A DNA stretch of 64,000 bases, taken from NCBI GenBank assembly GCA_004431415.1, contig QPMI01000682.1:84248-148247 (forward strand), read 5' to 3'. The notes beneath the pieces were generated by a model that was not told the DNA's origin, did no database searches, and saw only the letters and a program-made list of their open reading frames with translations. Shown here in pieces: positions 61,411 to 64,000 of this stretch. A program made the translations under genes and the position numbers. The stretch comes from Cyanophora paradoxa CCMP329. Lineage: Eukaryota; Plantae; Glaucophyta. Positions within the stretch are counted from its first letter, which is position 1, and each line of letters opens with the position of its first letter.

Positions 61411-64000
61411 TTTGCATTAGCACACAACCACAACTACTAGGAGTTTCACATCGCCCAATTTATCTCTCCGACTAGATAACACTGAGGACCGTCGAGTGCT
61501 GTGCTCTGTCTAAATGGTAGGTTTGGTGCTGGGCTATCTGTATATCTAGCTACACTGGAGGTCTGAAATAGGTTTGTAGCTAGCTTTAGCTATAGGTAGC
61601 TATTTATCTGTCGCTAGCGCTAAGTCTGATCTGCAGCTATTTTGATTTGTATACTAGGGTCCCTGAAAGTGAAAAGGAAAGGAAAGTAGCTAGGGATCCC
61701 GGCTCCCGTCTGCAGGTGTATACACCCCGATCGATTTTCGCTGCTCCTCGCCAGCCCCAGCCGGGTGGGCTACTGGCTCGCCTCCGCCTCCGCTGTCTTG
61801 GTGTTGCCTCCCCCGTGCCCCTTATGAGACCCCCCCCCAGATAGCGCCCATTTTATCCCTTCAGCGCGGCCTGGTCCGCGCCGTGCCCACGCCCCAATCA
61901 TACCTGTTGGTGTGGTTGTACAGCTGCATCGCTTCGGCAGCCGCTGCCCAGCCGTAGTCCTCCGGGGGACAGTTCAGCGATGCGTATTCCAGGTTTTCCC
62001 CACCGCCGCGGTGCCTGGACATTAGCGCGTGGCACGCGGCGCACCGTTCTGTGCACCGCTCCTTGGTCGGCTGGCCTTGGCGCTGCCGGGATGGCCCTGC
62101 CGCGGATTGATCAGACTCGCCTGCCGCCTCGCGGACGCGCGCCTCGGTGCGTCTTCGCTTCGCGCGGCGCTCTTTCATCACCTTTGTGATCCCGCACGCT
62201 TTCTCCCACTCAGCGTAGGCCTTGCAGCGGGCGGCCCACGTCTTGTGGGCCTGCTCGCCTATCGCCGTTGTCAGCTTCCGCGTGACCTCGGCCGCCAGCT
62301 TCTCGTCCGGGATCGTCTCCCGGACCATGTCGGTAAGGCCCGCAGGCGGCAATCCACGGAGCACACAGATCTGTGTTCGTCGTTCTAGCGGCGTGAGCGT
62401 CGGCTCGTTCACGCGCGTCACCTTGAGCGAGTTGCAGAGCGCTTGCGGGAGCGACCGCTGGAGCGGCTTCGCGAGCGCACCGCTTACAACAGCTGATATG
62501 CTTGCTTCTGCCGCAGCGCGCGCTTCCACCGCTACCGCGCTGAGGCACGTGAGCATGTGCTCGAGCGTCTCCTCCGTACCAGCGACTAGTCTGGGGCGGC
62601 CGGCAATGTCTTGCTGCCGTGTGCCGCAGAGCACGCACAGCCCGTTTGGGTTCACCTCGCTGTACAGCTCTGGTGCGTCCCGCTTGCGGACCAGGGCCGT
62701 CGCCACGGTACCCAGCACCAGTTTCACATGCGTACCCCGGTAGCAGTTGCTTTCCCGGCTCACCCCGACGCGGCGGGGTCCCATCGCCATCTGATCGTAC
62801 ACAGCGCCGTGATCGACCGGCTCCCGCAGCCACTGGCCTGCCTGCGCCTGATTCGACCAGGCGAAGTGCGTATGATGCGCATGCAGCACTGCGGCGTGCC
62901 TCCGGGATCGCCTTCGACCCGCCTCGCGGTTCCGTCCGACCCCTCGATCGTCAGGACCGCCGGCATGCTGAACTCCGGCGGCAGGAAGATGCCCTCATCG
63001 ATCTCCGGCTGGTCGAGCTCCTGGCGAGCTTCGCGGCGGCGTCGGCACGGTTGTTCATCTCATCAGTGCCGTGCGCTTTGACCTTGACTAGCTCGATTTC
63101 CCGGCTGTGCTCACGCTTCGCCAGGATGGCCCGGAATCTGGACCAAGCGTAGAGCTCGGCGCTGCACGGGTGGCGGACGTAGTCGCGCGCGTGCTTGTGG
63201 TGCGCATTCTGAACGAACTGTTTGTACCACGTGCAGACGTTCTGACTGTCCGTGTGCAGCCGCAGACCTGTAGGCGCGAGCACGTCGGCGACGATCGCCG
63301 CCTGGAGCTCTGCCTTGTTGATCTCCTGGAGGCCGCGGAGCCGGCCGTACAGCGTGGACTCCTCTCCTTCCGGATTGAGGGCGCAACATCCGGTGCGCGG
63401 GCCGGAATCACTATTCCAAACCCCGCTCGGGCATCCGCTGTCTGACCGGCCCCCAGGCTCCCGTCCGTCCAGATGTTCAGCTTTCCTTCCGTCTCGGCGT
63501 ACCGAGCGAGTTGTTCCGTCTCTGCCTTGGGCCACACTTCCAGCAGGTGCTGCCAGTACAAGTTTTCGGTCCCGCCGTGCTGCAGATCGCGTGTCCATGT
63601 CTTGGGCCCCCGCCGTGTAGTAAAGGTCGCGCCGTTCCGCAGATTTCGACACGGGGCGGGCCTCGTCCTCGCTCCGTGCTCGGCGCCGCCGCCGCCGCCG
63701 CGTCCAAGGCTACGCGCAGGTCCTCCTCGGCCTCGGGGCTCAGCTCCTCGCGGAGGAAACGTGGGTCCTCGTCCTGGACCGCCTTCACGCGGGCCTGGCG
63801 GAGGAGCTGCTGGCGTCTCTCGTCTTCATTCAGTCCGGGATCGTAGTACTCGAGCGTCATCCGCCCAGCGGCCCCTTGCGCCCTCGTCGCGACTTCGTCT
63901 CCCGGCTCTCTCCGGCGACTAGATACGTCTCGGGTTCGCCGCCCAAGCTCAAGAGGGTGTCCTCTTCCTCCCACCAACCTCACCGTTTGTCCAAGGGCCG
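61411..64000 (-). mobile_element. 3' part of a second, diverged APE-RT-RNase H LINE family
   Basis: Homologous protein motifs; 3' UTR 61411-61860 ends ...TTGTGTGCTAATGCAAA. Confidence 0.85.
61861..64000 (-). CDS. LINE polyprotein C-terminus (RNase H and Zn finger; frameshifted, runs off window)
   Basis: IWTDGSL, LRGLQEINKAELQAA, LVKVKAH...NNRAD, CVLC...ETLEHMLTC. Confidence 0.88.

Noticed and set aside
43872-64000. DIRS/Ngaro or LTR retrotransposon
   Set aside because: No tyrosine recombinase, integrase, LTRs or split repeats; APE domain, A tails and 15-20-bp TSDs indicate target-primed non-LTR elements.
39924-64000. Dozens of overlapping Arg/Pro/Ala-rich ORFs
   Set aside because: Shadow frames expected in very GC-rich DNA; only frames with APE/RT/RNase H motifs and the 60539-61410 frame were kept.
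1-64000. tRNA, rRNA, snRNA or ribozyme genes (including a possible Sm-like site in the 36716 insert and a ribozyme in the LINE 5' UTR)
   Set aside because: No convincing conserved motifs by eye; an Infernal/Rfam scan would be needed.
1-64000. Host species assignment
   Set aside because: High GC content and endogenous PLVs fit several protist lineages; no diagnostic host gene is present.

Overview
The window is an AT-rich cluster of endogenous Polinton-like/virophage-like dsDNA viruses embedded in a very GC-rich eukaryotic (probably protist) genome and riddled with GC-rich non-LTR retrotransposons. Three related virus segments each end on the right in a ...TATGTGT terminus (21773, 26443, 60538). 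Segment A (1-21773) carries a packaging ATPase, TVpol-SF3 primase-helicase, pPolB, rve integrase, patatin-discoidin lipase, a battery of phage-like fibre genes and AdoMetDC. Segment B (21774-26443) carries the MCP, two penton-like genes and an AdoMetDC remnant. Segment C (26444-60538) carries a truncated MCP, pentons and a second, tip-diverged copy of the lipase/fibre/AdoMetDC module. The ends of A and B land next to or inside the MCP gene of the next segment, which suggests nested insertion. Each segment carries iteron-type origin-like cassettes built on one shared scaffold (CTTACTGRAAATGG box, 21-bp-spaced direct repeats, AT spacer, inverted repeats) but with different iteron sequences. Segment C has received retroposed insertions of 0.38 kb and 2.7 kb, plus an 8.3-kb APE-RT-RNase H LINE that itself carries a near-identical LINE inserted head-to-head, forming an ~8-kb inverted repeat with TSDs at both levels. 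A third, diverged LINE runs off the right edge. Many frameshifts sit in homopolymers and probably reflect long-read errors. All protein family calls are from motif recognition by eye; no database search was run.
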